Virus record (IMG/VR): IMGVR_UViG_3300043633_000046 | Span: 1 to 47,085 of that record | Strand: one strand, 5' to 3' | Source of the DNA: a virus | Taxonomy: Duplodnaviria; Caudoviricetes | Length of the DNA: 47,085 nucleotides | Notes under the pieces: model-generated | Seen by the model: the letters and a program-made list of their open reading frames with translations, nothing else | Database searches by the model: none | What the model was told of the DNA's origin: nothing | Position numbers and translations under genes: made by a program | Shown here: one piece after another, positions 35,587 to 44,447 of the stretch | How positions within the stretch are numbered: position 1 is the stretch's first letter | Layout: each line of letters begins with the position of its first letter

Positions 35587-35981
35587 ACCTGAAGCCGCTG
35601 GCAGATCGCGTCTTGATCAAGCCAGAAATACCGCCGAACGTAACCGAGTCCGGGTTGATTATCCAAGAGGACCGAAAACCTGAACAGACCGGAACGGTGG
35701 TGGCGGTTGGACCGGTGATACATCCGCGGAAAGCGGAAGCTGAGGCGCTGGCTAATCGCCTTGACGAGTATGAACCGTTCGACACAGAGGATCTTCCGCC
35801 GACTGCCGGGGCGACCATGCTCCGCGATCTGGTACGCAAAGAACCCGAAGTGAAAGTCGGGGACTACGTGGTCTTCTCATGGACTGCTGGTCAGGAAATC
35901 TGGGTGGAAGACGGTGCCGATCGGTATCTCCTGATGCGTGAATCCGACATTTTGTGTGTGGTGGAAGGTCTTGAAGCATGA
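35583..35981 (+). CDS. groES: Co-chaperonin GroES/Cpn10 with roof insertion
   Basis: LKPLADRVLIK, TESGLII, GTVVAVGP, VKVGDYVVF, YLLMRESDIL. Confidence 0.9.
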   Translation: MNLKPLADRVLIKPEIPPNVTESGLIIQEDRKPEQTGTVVAVGPVIHPRKAEAEALANRLDEYEPFDTEDLPPTAGATMLRDLVRKEPEVKVGDYVVFSWTAGQEIWVEDGADRYLLMRESDILCVVEGLEA

Positions 35982-36850
35982 GCGATGAAGGACTGATCAA
36001 TCTCGAAGACGACGGGCCTGTTCAACCGCCCGTTTCACCGGCCCCCTCCGGTGAAGCCCCGCCCGTGGCCGCAGCAGAACAGGTGCCTGCGGCTCCTCCC
36101 GAAGAACCGGAAGATGCGGTGGAGGTCGGTGGGCAAAAGTATGTCCCGGTCGGGGCGGTCATTGCCGAGCGGAAAGCGCGTCAAGCCTTGCAGGCGAAAG
36201 CCGAGAGGGTAGACGAGCTCGAGAAGTACGCCCGCGATTCTCAGCCCTACGTCGAGTTCCTGAAAGCCAATCCCGGCCTCATCTCAGGCCGTCAGCCAGC
36301 GGCACCGACACCGCAGCCCGAGCATGTCGATCCGCAGACCGAGGCATTGGCGAAGACGCTGGACCTGTACACGCCGGAAGGGAAGCCCGATCTGGCACGG
36401 GCGGGCACGATTCGTCAGATGATGACGGCCACGGCGCAGCAGATCGCGCAGGCCACGATTGCCCCGATTCAGGAAGAAAGCGCCCAGACACGCTCAGCCA
36501 GGAACTTTCAGGTCGCGCTCCAGATCAAGGACAAGGACGGACGGTCCCCAAGTCAAGCCGCATTGATGCAAATCTGGCGCACCATGCCGGCGAGTCAGAC
36601 GGCGGATCCCAACGTTGCCTCTATCCTTGCGCTAACGGCGCTCGGGCTCGATAGCGTGCATCAGGCTAGACCTCCCGTGGCCTCAGCCCTTCCTCCGCTC
36701 ATCACGGAAGGGCAGGGCGCTGCGCCGCGTCGTGCGTCACTCTCCAGCCTGGAACAGAGCATTGCCCGCGATCGTGGGATTACCGAAGCGAAATGGGCTG
36801 AGAACACCAAGGGCTTTGCCCCCGGCAAAGCGAATCAGTTAGAGGACTAA
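35978..36850 (+). CDS. Capsid scaffolding protein
   Basis: Acidic Pro-rich N-terminus, YVP....ERK.RQ coiled coil, C-terminal LS..E..IA...GITE..W. Confidence 0.7.
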   Translation: MSDEGLINLEDDGPVQPPVSPAPSGEAPPVAAAEQVPAAPPEEPEDAVEVGGQKYVPVGAVIAERKARQALQAKAERVDELEKYARDSQPYVEFLKANPGLISGRQPAAPTPQPEHVDPQTEALAKTLDLYTPEGKPDLARAGTIRQMMTATAQQIAQATIAPIQEESAQTRSARNFQVALQIKDKDGRSPSQAALMQIWRTMPASQTADPNVASILALTALGLDSVHQARPPVASALPPLITEGQGAAPRRASLSSLEQSIARDRGITEAKWAENTKGFAPGKANQLED

Positions 36851-37374
36851 TGCCGAGAAAACCACGCATCTCTGTCACCGAACGCGGCTCGGAAACGACC
36901 ATGAGCGCCCTCATGAGCGATCCCCGCTACCGTGCTCGTCTCCAGAACCCGTTCAACGAACCCTCAGCCCCGATCACGCTGGTAGACAATTCTCGCGAGT
37001 GTCGCTGGTTCAACGCCGCGAAAGGCACCGACCATATTTGGCGCTCCAAGCGCAAAGGCTGGGACCAGGTCAAACCGAGCGATGTGGCAGACCTCGAGCA
37101 GATTGGCGGCTACAACGTCTCGCCAGAGGGTTACATCACCCGCGGAGAGCGTGGGCAGGAAGTCCTGATGTCGATGCCCAAGGATGTCCGGATCGCGATC
37201 CAGACCGCCAAGACACGGCAGAACACCGCGAACATGGGGAATCCGCACGCGATGAAGAACGAAGTTGTCGCCGCGGCTGGAGAGCGGTACGGCGATGAAG
37301 GGGCGTCATACATCTCGAAACACGTCGATGTGACGGACACCTACGAACGTGTCGAGCGGGTCGAGCCTGAATAA
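36850..37374 (+). CDS. Conserved head-region hypothetical protein
   Basis: RWFN..KGW..V..VLM.MP pattern; TAATG coupling. Confidence 0.55.
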   Translation: MPRKPRISVTERGSETTMSALMSDPRYRARLQNPFNEPSAPITLVDNSRECRWFNAAKGTDHIWRSKRKGWDQVKPSDVADLEQIGGYNVSPEGYITRGERGQEVLMSMPKDVRIAIQTAKTRQNTANMGNPHAMKNEVVAAAGERYGDEGASYISKHVDVTDTYERVERVEPE

Positions 37375-37765
37375 ACGGGTGCTCGCTGACGGCGCGTTTG
37401 ACCCGATCCATCTCGGGCATGTCCGGTATCTCGCTGCCGCGAAATGTCACGGTCAGACGCTCATCGTTCACATTGCGCCCGATGCCGCGATTCTCGCCAA
37501 GGGCCGGAAGCCGTTCCAGACACGGATTGAACGAGCGATGACCGTACAGAGCCTCGCGATGGTCGATGCCGTGCGGTGTTACGAGTCGTTAGCCGTGGCG
37601 GTCTGGTCGGAATGCCCGTGGGTGTTGGTGAAGGGCGAAGAGTGGCGCGGAAAGCTACCCGAGGATGTGTTGAGAGCCTGTCGAGAGACGGAAGCGGAGA
37701 TTATCTACGTGCCCACGCGAGAAAAGAGCAGTACGGAACGGTTGCATGACTGTCGATCAGTTTGA
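37349..37765 (+). CDS. HxGH cytidylyl/adenylyltransferase (TagD/RfaE-II-like)
   Basis: DGAFDPIHLGHVRYL, KGRKP, ER, VDAV, VKG.EW, SST. Confidence 0.85.
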   Translation: MSSGSSLNKRVLADGAFDPIHLGHVRYLAAAKCHGQTLIVHIAPDAAILAKGRKPFQTRIERAMTVQSLAMVDAVRCYESLAVAVWSECPWVLVKGEEWRGKLPEDVLRACRETEAEIIYVPTREKSSTERLHDCRSV

Positions 37766-38351
37766 AACGCTCGTTCAGGTCCAGCAGCCGGCCGAGGTGC
37801 CGTGGCAACCGGTCACGGATTACTCATTCGCAGCACGAAAGGCGATTGAGGGCCGTCATCCTGAGCTGATTCTGGAGACGTTCAAGCCGAAGCGCGTGCT
37901 TGATGTCGGCTGCGGGCCTGGACACCTCGTGGTGCTCCTGAACGACCTCGCGGGCCATTCCATCGCCTACGGTGCGGACAAGCATGGCGATCCGGAATTT
38001 GTCGTGGACATCGCCCAGTCCTATCCGATTCGGTTACGACCGGCCTTCGATCTCGTCATCTGCCGTGAGGTGTTGGAACACCTCACGATCCGGGAAGTCC
38101 GACAGGCCGTGACAAATCTCTGCAAGCTCACGGAACGGTTTGTCTACCTGACGACGCGGTTTCATCTGGCTCCGCAGTCGCTGCTGGATGTCGCCACGTC
38201 TGACGATCTCGATCCGACACACATCACGATGCTCAACAAGGACTTCTTGCGGCTGCTGTTCGTGCTGGAAGGGTTCAAACGGCGAGCGGACTTAGAGGAA
38301 CGGATGGACTGGCAGGGGAAGGGCCGTGTCCTGGTCTATGAACGCGCATGA
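37746..38351 (+). CDS. Class I SAM-dependent methyltransferase
   Basis: VLDVGCGPG, FDLVICREVLEHL, DPTHI. Confidence 0.85.
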   Translation: MTVDQFETLVQVQQPAEVPWQPVTDYSFAARKAIEGRHPELILETFKPKRVLDVGCGPGHLVVLLNDLAGHSIAYGADKHGDPEFVVDIAQSYPIRLRPAFDLVICREVLEHLTIREVRQAVTNLCKLTERFVYLTTRFHLAPQSLLDVATSDDLDPTHITMLNKDFLRLLFVLEGFKRRADLEERMDWQGKGRVLVYERA

Positions 38352-39145
38352 TTGACGCCGTCCTGTCGTATCACATGAACCCGGCGACGTGTGGCGTGGC
38401 GAAATTTAACCGTATGCTGGCGAAGCGGCTCGGCGTGCCGTGCGACAGGCATGGTCGCCACAGAGAATATAGCCACCCGCTCATCTCGCTGAAACTGAGC
38501 GAAATGAAGGTCGATGATAGCGTGTGCTTGTTTTCTCAGGTTGCACAGCGCGGGCTACGGACGTTTGATGTGTTCCTGCACGATACGCACGATCACACCA
38601 CGGCATGGCTACAGCGACCGAGGAGGGTTTACGCCGCGGACGCGGCAATAGCAGCCGAGGTGAGAGAGAGACGACCGGACGTGATTTCGGCGTTCTGCCC
38701 GTCGACCGTGGAAGGAAATCCGACCCGTGGCGCCTATCGTGTCCTTGCCTTCGGCATGGCCCACAAACTGGCCCTGCGACACTTTGAGAACCTGAAACGT
38801 GAACTCAACCGCGATCATCCGGACTACACGATTGAACTCTCCACAGCGGTCCATGAAGGCAACCCGTGGGACCAGGCACTGACAGAAAGCACGGAGGCGA
38901 TGCGTGGCATTTTCGGTGAACGGTTGCGAGTTCTCGGGTTTCTTGCAGATGACGCTCTGGCTCGTGTTTTGTCTGAAGTTGACGCAGTGGCCGCGTTCTA
39001 CGTCCCAGCCCTTAGAGCAAATAATACAACTGCGTGGGCTGCACTCTCCGCTGGCAAGTTCCTCTACACCAACCTCGATGAACACTCCCCAGAATTGAAC
39101 CCGCATAAATACTCGTGGGATGCGCTCCTGAAGGTGCTGGCATGA
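38348..39145 (+). CDS. Divergent GT-B glycosyltransferase-like protein
   Basis: TCGVAKF..LA start, FLHD, LGFL.D..L..D, AALSAGK, YSWD end resemble GT4 architecture. Confidence 0.5.
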   Translation: MIDAVLSYHMNPATCGVAKFNRMLAKRLGVPCDRHGRHREYSHPLISLKLSEMKVDDSVCLFSQVAQRGLRTFDVFLHDTHDHTTAWLQRPRRVYAADAAIAAEVRERRPDVISAFCPSTVEGNPTRGAYRVLAFGMAHKLALRHFENLKRELNRDHPDYTIELSTAVHEGNPWDQALTESTEAMRGIFGERLRVLGFLADDALARVLSEVDAVAAFYVPALRANNTTAWAALSAGKFLYTNLDEHSPELNPHKYSWDALLKVLA

Positions 39146-39338
39146 GAATTATCGAAGACAATGACGACGATCCGGCGAAGGTGTATGAGCCGCAGTATTT
39201 GCAGAATCCCCAGGCTTGGCGGTATTGCCAGAGAGAGAGTCAGCATGAAGCCCAACCGGCACGGCGACGGTCTCAAGAGAGCGACGAGTACTACTTATCC
39301 ATGCCTTTAACGTGGCTGTGCTGAAGGTGCTGGCGTGA
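39128..39338 (+). repeat. Direct repeat CTGAAGGTGCTGGCRTGA flanking a small ORF
   Basis: Copies at 39128-39145 and 39321-39338. Confidence 0.75.
39142..39324 (+). CDS. Small hypothetical protein between direct repeats
   Basis: ATGA overlap with upstream gene. Confidence 0.4.
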   Translation: MRIIEDNDDDPAKVYEPQYLQNPQAWRYCQRESQHEAQPARRRSQESDEYYLSMPLTWLC

Positions 39339-39625
39339 TCGATTTCCTTCTCCGGATGATCACGCCGTATCGTCCTCGAAATGTTCAAGAAACGATCATC
39401 GAGGAAGAGGAGCGCAATGTTCCGGCCCGCGATGCATCTCGGCTCATCCGTCGCGGGCGTGCCGTGAATTTTGCCTACGGCCCAGATGGAAAGATGCACC
39501 TTCGTCGTCGTGCTCGTCAAATAGCGAGAGACTATGGCGTCGGCTTCCAGTGGCGGGCGATGCCGCGCGGACAGTCGCAACAGTTCATGGCTAGAAGGTC
39601 GCGGCTTCCGTGGTGGTGGGTATGA
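39335..39625 (+). CDS. Arg-rich hypothetical protein
   Basis: AAGGTG RBS, ATGA coupling to neuB. Confidence 0.5.
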   Translation: MIDFLLRMITPYRPRNVQETIIEEEERNVPARDASRLIRRGRAVNFAYGPDGKMHLRRRARQIARDYGVGFQWRAMPRGQSQQFMARRSRLPWWWV

Positions 39626-40536
39626 GAGAACTCATCATCAACGGCCATCGGATTGCGGACGAGGAACCGTGTTACGTCATCGCTGAAGTCGGCCACAACC
39701 ATGGCGGATCTGTGGACACTGCCAAGCAGATGATCAAACGAGCCGCCGCATGTGGCGCCAGCGCGGTCAAGCTCCAGAAACGCGACAATCAGACCCTCTA
39801 CAGCCGTGAACTCCTGAACCAGCCCTATGAGAATGAGAATAGTTTCGGCCAAACGTATGGTGAACACCGCGAGGCACTTGAGTTTGACCTTACCGCCTAC
39901 AAAGCCTGTCGGACCGAAGCCGCGATTCGCGGGGTGGACTTCTTTGCGACAGCGTTTGATGAACCGTCTGCGGACTTTCTGGCCGGACTCCACGTCCCCG
40001 CCTTCAAACTGGCCTCCGGCAGCGTAACGGACCACGCGCTGCTCAGACATGTCTCAGCCATCGGGAAGCCGCTGATCGTCTCAACCGGTGGGACGACGTG
40101 GGCAGATGTGGACGCCGCGGTAGACGTGCTCTCAGCCGGTCCAGCGCCGTTTGCGCTCCTGCATTGCACCGCAGCCTATCCGGTCCTGAACTATGCAGAA
40201 TTGAACCTCCTCGCGATCGTGGAGATGCGCCAGCGGTATCCGGACACGGTTATCGGCTGGTCAGGACATGTTAGCGGGATCGCGATGTCGCTGGTGGCGT
40301 ATGCGTATGGGGCACGGATCATCGAACAGCATTTCACGTTAAACAGAGCGTCGAAGGGAACCGACCATGCTTTCTCGCTTGAGCCGTCAGGACTGCGGAA
40401 ACTCTGCCGAGACCTTGACCGGGCTAGGATCTCGTCAGGCGACGGCGTCAAGCGGTCCTATGAGTCCGAGCGCAAACCCCTGTCCAAAATGCGCCGAACT
40501 CTCACCGACGAAGGCTACCGTGTCACCGGTCGTTGA
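39622..40536 (+). CDS. neuB: Nonulosonate(-9-phosphate) synthase, NeuB/NANS family, lacking the C-terminal SAF domain
   Basis: YVIAEVGHNHGG, VKLQKR, TYGEHREALEF, FKLAS, STG, LLHCTAAYP, GWSGH, IEQHFTL..GTDHAFSLEP. Confidence 0.92.
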   Translation: MRELIINGHRIADEEPCYVIAEVGHNHGGSVDTAKQMIKRAAACGASAVKLQKRDNQTLYSRELLNQPYENENSFGQTYGEHREALEFDLTAYKACRTEAAIRGVDFFATAFDEPSADFLAGLHVPAFKLASGSVTDHALLRHVSAIGKPLIVSTGGTTWADVDAAVDVLSAGPAPFALLHCTAAYPVLNYAELNLLAIVEMRQRYPDTVIGWSGHVSGIAMSLVAYAYGARIIEQHFTLNRASKGTDHAFSLEPSGLRKLCRDLDRARISSGDGVKRSYESERKPLSKMRRTLTDEGYRVTGR

Positions 40537-40870
40537 GTTCTTCTCGCCGCGGAATCTCGGCCCGAAGGCGTGGGGCACGGAACTCCTCGTCGCCCATACC
40601 GAGCACTACACCGGGAAGGTGATGTGGATGAACGCCGGGACATCGGGTCCGCTCCAGTATCACGAACGGAAGGACGAAGCGTTCTATCTGTTCAAGGGCC
40701 GGTGTCTCCTTCGCTACCGCGACAAGGACGGCGAGCTTCAGGTGACGGAACTCCGGACGGGGATGGCGGTCCATATCCCACCGGGAGCGGTGCATCAGGT
40801 GGAAGCGTTGGACGATTGCGTGATGTTCGAAGCCTCGACGCCGGCGTTTGATGATCGGGTGCCCGCATGA
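40520..40870 (+). CDS. Cupin (type II mannose-6-phosphate isomerase-like)
   Basis: PKAWG, LQYHERKDE.F, HIPPGAVH, EASTP. Confidence 0.75.
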   Translation: MSPVVEFFSPRNLGPKAWGTELLVAHTEHYTGKVMWMNAGTSGPLQYHERKDEAFYLFKGRCLLRYRDKDGELQVTELRTGMAVHIPPGAVHQVEALDDCVMFEASTPAFDDRVPA

Positions 40871-41604
40871 AGATGGTGGCGCTAATCCCGGCGCGAGCGG
40901 GATCGAAACGAATACCTGGGAAGAATACGAAGGAGTTGGCGGGGCGTCCGCTGGTTGAGTGGACGATCCGCGCAGCGATCGAGAGCGGCGTGTTTTGGGA
41001 AGTCATCGTCTCAACCGACAGCAGCGACACCATCCAGATTGCCGCTAAAGCTGGCGCGAAGTTCTCGGCCAGGATCGCTAAGCACGCGACGGACGAATCG
41101 CCTGACATCGAATGGGTGCGATGGACTCTATCGCAGTATCCTGAGCACTATTATCCAGACGCCTTCGCCATCCTGCGCCCGACCTCGCCATTCAGGACCG
41201 CCGCCACCATCAGACGAGCTTACGAGCGATTCCAGACCCAAGAAGTCCACTCCATGCGAGCCGTTCAACCGGTGAAAGAACATCCGTTCAAGATGTGGAT
41301 GCAGCAGGGAGGCGCGGGACATCCCATCACGCCGCTCGCATCCCTCCAGCGCGAAGACGGCACGCCATTGCACTCCGTACCGACACAGACACTTCCACCG
41401 GTCTACGTGCAGAACGCCAGCCTTGAAATGGCGTGGTCGTATGTGATTCCAGCTTTCAACAGCATCAGCGGAACCAAGATCGCCCCGTTCTTCACTGAAG
41501 GCTACGAAGGTTTTGATTTGAACGATATGGACGACTGGCGCGAAGCCGAACGTCTCATCGCGGAAGGACTAGTTGATCTCCCGGCGCCTCTGGCAACTCT
41601 ATAA
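40867..41604 (+). CDS. neuA: Acylneuraminate (CMP-nonulosonate) cytidylyltransferase
   Basis: ALIPARAGSKRIPGKN, VSTDS, ILRPTSPFR, QNAS, DLNDMDDW. Confidence 0.92.
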   Translation: MKMVALIPARAGSKRIPGKNTKELAGRPLVEWTIRAAIESGVFWEVIVSTDSSDTIQIAAKAGAKFSARIAKHATDESPDIEWVRWTLSQYPEHYYPDAFAILRPTSPFRTAATIRRAYERFQTQEVHSMRAVQPVKEHPFKMWMQQGGAGHPITPLASLQREDGTPLHSVPTQTLPPVYVQNASLEMAWSYVIPAFNSISGTKIAPFFTEGYEGFDLNDMDDWREAERLIAEGLVDLPAPLATL

Positions 41605-42553
41605 ACAACGGCTCAAGCACTCCAATCTGCCGATTCTCGCGGGTCCATTTCGTGGGGAAGTCGGCTTTGAGGCGCTGTACTGGATTCCGTTCCTTCGACG
41701 ACTGCTCAAGTCAGCCCAGATTGACCCAGAACGCCTGATTCCCATTACCCGTGGCGGGGCCGGTGCCTGGTATGGGGCTCATCCCGGCGTGGAACTCTAC
41801 GATCTGCGCGATCCGAAGGACATCCGGGTCGAAAACCGCATCCAGCACGCCAAATACGCGCAACTGAAGCAGACGCACTGGACGGACTTCGATCACGCGG
41901 TCATCAAGGACGCCGCGAAGCGTCTGAGCCTCAAGAAACATCTCACGGTGCATCCCGGCTGGATGTTTGCTGTCCTTGGACCCTATTTCGCGAGCGCGAT
42001 GGGGCTTGCCGAGCTCGAGGAGAACGCCTTCTTTGAGCCGATGACCGTGCCGGCGCTGCCGGACGGCATTACCTTGCCAGAGAAGTTCGTCTCGGTCAGG
42101 TTCTACATTCGGCATACCTTCCCGCCACATCCCCAACTGATCACGTTTGCGCAGGAATCGATTAAGCAGATCGCCTCACAGACGCCCGTGGTCCTCCTGA
42201 ACAGCGGGGTTCATGCGGATGAGCATTCGGACATCAAGGTGAAGGCGCATCCGAACGTGATGGCGCTCTCGGACCTCGGGGTGACGCCTCAGAACAATCT
42301 AGCGGTTCAAAGCGCGGTGATTGCTCGAGCACTCGGCTTCGTGGGGACATACGGCGGGCTCGCGCAACTCGCGTTGAGGCTCGGTAAGCCGTCTGTGAGC
42401 TACTACCACGAGTGGAGCGGGACCGCGATTGCCCATAAACACCTCGCGGATGCCATTGCGCTCCGATCGGGCATTCCCTGCCAGGTACATCGGGTGGGGG
42501 AACTTCCATTGCTCCAGAACGTCATGCCGTCGATTACGCAAACTAACTACTAG
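41573..42553 (+). CDS. GT-B glycosyltransferase-like protein (GT9-like C-terminus)
   Basis: AGPFRGEVGFE..W.P N-terminus; FVGTYGGLAQLA..LGKPSV resembles GT9 FIG.DSG..HLA..LGKP. Confidence 0.45.
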   Translation: MISRRLWQLYKQRLKHSNLPILAGPFRGEVGFEALYWIPFLRRLLKSAQIDPERLIPITRGGAGAWYGAHPGVELYDLRDPKDIRVENRIQHAKYAQLKQTHWTDFDHAVIKDAAKRLSLKKHLTVHPGWMFAVLGPYFASAMGLAELEENAFFEPMTVPALPDGITLPEKFVSVRFYIRHTFPPHPQLITFAQESIKQIASQTPVVLLNSGVHADEHSDIKVKAHPNVMALSDLGVTPQNNLAVQSAVIARALGFVGTYGGLAQLALRLGKPSVSYYHEWSGTAIAHKHLADAIALRSGIPCQVHRVGELPLLQNVMPSITQTNY

Positions 42554-42560
42554 ATGTAGT

Positions 42561-42852
42561 AGGGCGGCAGGAACAGACTGCGGTAAGGTAAGTCGAATAT
42601 CGTCTAGCTCTCTCATCCTGAGAGCGGGTTCCTGGGATGTTCGAGCGGGCCGGGTCACAGATGCTGACCGGTACCGCTGGCCTCTTGCAGCATCTGCGAG
42701 CCGCCCTCGCGAGAACGGGTGTTCGCGCTCACCATGCGCGTCGTACGTGGTGTTCGTAGTCGGATCGGCGCTGTGGTCAGCGATCCCGACACGTACCCTT
42801 TCTGACCTCCCATAACAACACGTTCTAGCTGCGCGTTTCCGCGCACTGGGAG
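42561..42852 (+). ncRNA. Candidate structured RNA leader of capsid genes
   Basis: Multiple perfect 6-9 bp stems, one covering the RBS (see findings). Confidence 0.45.
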
Positions 42853-42857
42853 ATCAC

Positions 42858-43424
42858 ATGACAGACTTTGTACTGTCGTCGGGTAACATCCTCCGGCCGT
42901 TCCGGTCGCCGTGGGGAGCGTTTCCGACGCGGGGCTGTGCCCTTTCAACGGGCATTAGTTCCAACGCCATCACGCTCGGTCGCATCGTCAGCCTCGACGT
43001 CAACACCGACAGCAACGCTTCACAGATCCTCCCGTCTTCGCAGACGGCTGGCGTCGTCATGTCCTCGGCCATCGTCGGGGTCGCCGCGGAAGCCGCCGCT
43101 GGCCTCGGGTCCACCAACACCCGCGGCACGGTCATCAGTGTCTGGGAAGCCAACCCGATGATCGAGTTCCGCGCCAACACGCAGGGCGCGAACCTGGCGT
43201 CGTCCTCGGTCGGCAAGGCCAAGGCGCTCGTATGGGATTCCACCCTGACGATTCACAAGGTGGATCTGTCCAACTCGACGCTCATCAACTCACGCGTCGT
43301 CGTGACGCAGCTTATTGACAACGAGGGAGATTCCGGCGGCGCCGTCGCGTTCCGCTTCCTCACCGTGACACCCCCTGCGGCCGACAGCACCGTCAGCCGT
43401 AACGTGCTCGCGTATTTCCGTTAA
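42858..43424 (+). CDS. Capsid decoration/cement-like protein
   Basis: Directly upstream of capsid gene; I..G.IV, IVGVA.E pattern; GGGAG RBS. Confidence 0.65.
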   Translation: MTDFVLSSGNILRPFRSPWGAFPTRGCALSTGISSNAITLGRIVSLDVNTDSNASQILPSSQTAGVVMSSAIVGVAAEAAAGLGSTNTRGTVISVWEANPMIEFRANTQGANLASSSVGKAKALVWDSTLTIHKVDLSNSTLINSRVVVTQLIDNEGDSGGAVAFRFLTVTPPAADSTVSRNVLAYFR

Positions 43425-43439
43425 GGAAGGGACTGACAC

Positions 43440-44360
43440 ATGGCTCAGACACGCGGCGTCAATCCTGACCTCTACGACAATGTAGACAAAACCATGTTCG
43501 GGATCATGAAGGGGCAGTTGAAAGAGCTCCCGAAGATTTACCCGAACGTCTACAACATCAAATCGTCGGATCGGAAGTTCGAACGCATCGTCACCTACGT
43601 GCCGTTCGGCGACACCCAGAGCAAGCCGGAAGGCGAAACCTTCGTGATGGATACCCTCCGTCAGGGCAATACGAAGGACTTCACCCATACCGAGAACGGT
43701 CTCGGCTTCGAAGTCACCCAGACCGCTCTGGAGGACGATCAGGAGAACATCCTGAGTCGAGCCGCGGAATGGCTGGCGTTCTCGGCCCGCTACGTCGAGG
43801 AAGGTCGAGCGGCTAATCCGTTCAACAACGGCTTCTCGACGGAACTCACCCCGGACGGCCTGTCGCTGTTCAATACGGCCCATGCCCTTAAGGGTGGCGG
43901 CACCGCGAAAAACCGTCCCTCGACGGATGCGGACCTCTCGGCGACCTCACTGACGCAGGCGCTCATCGATCTCCAGACCGATCAGAAGGATGAAGCAGGA
44001 CACCTCTCGGCCCCCGTGACCGATTGGATCCTCTACATTCCGCCGGCGCTGGAGTTCCTCGCGGATCGCTTGATCAACTCGGTCGGCTTGCCCTCGAGTG
44101 CGGACAACGACCGCAACCCGATCAAGGCGCGTCGGCAGTGGACCATCGTGGTCAATCCCCGACTGACGGATGCGGATGCCTGGTTCCTCGTGGCCGGATC
44201 CAAGTCGCAGCATGGGCTGACGTTCTATCGTCGCGTCCCGATTGGGATGGAGGCGATGGCGATCGATGCCCGCACCAACAACCGGATCTTCAAAGTGCGG
44301 CATCGGTTCTCAGTCGGTGCGTGGACGTGGGTCGGCACGTACGGCACTCAGGGCGCGTAG
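43440..44360 (+). CDS. Major capsid protein
   Basis: KPEG, GLGFEVT..ALEDD, DG.SLF...H, L.IPP.LE..A, VNP.LTDADAWF. Confidence 0.85.
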   Translation: MAQTRGVNPDLYDNVDKTMFGIMKGQLKELPKIYPNVYNIKSSDRKFERIVTYVPFGDTQSKPEGETFVMDTLRQGNTKDFTHTENGLGFEVTQTALEDDQENILSRAAEWLAFSARYVEEGRAANPFNNGFSTELTPDGLSLFNTAHALKGGGTAKNRPSTDADLSATSLTQALIDLQTDQKDEAGHLSAPVTDWILYIPPALEFLADRLINSVGLPSSADNDRNPIKARRQWTIVVNPRLTDADAWFLVAGSKSQHGLTFYRRVPIGMEAMAIDARTNNRIFKVRHRFSVGAWTWVGTYGTQGA

Positions 44361-44369
44361 TTCAGTAGA

Positions 44370-44447
44370 CCGTTCACTTGGACGCCGAGTGCCCCGACGA
44401 ACGGCGGGGTGTGGAGTCTCAGCCTAGGCTCGGCGTCCGACTGAGAC
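44370..44447 (+). ncRNA. Candidate doubly pseudoknotted RNA after the capsid stop codon
   Basis: Four interleaved stems within ~80 nt (see findings). Confidence 0.45.

Noticed and set aside
34739-42553. Sugar cluster as a DNA hypermodification system
   Set aside because: No base hydroxymethylase, nucleotide kinase or phage polymerase was recognised, and the cluster sits in the head operon; less likely, though not formally excluded.
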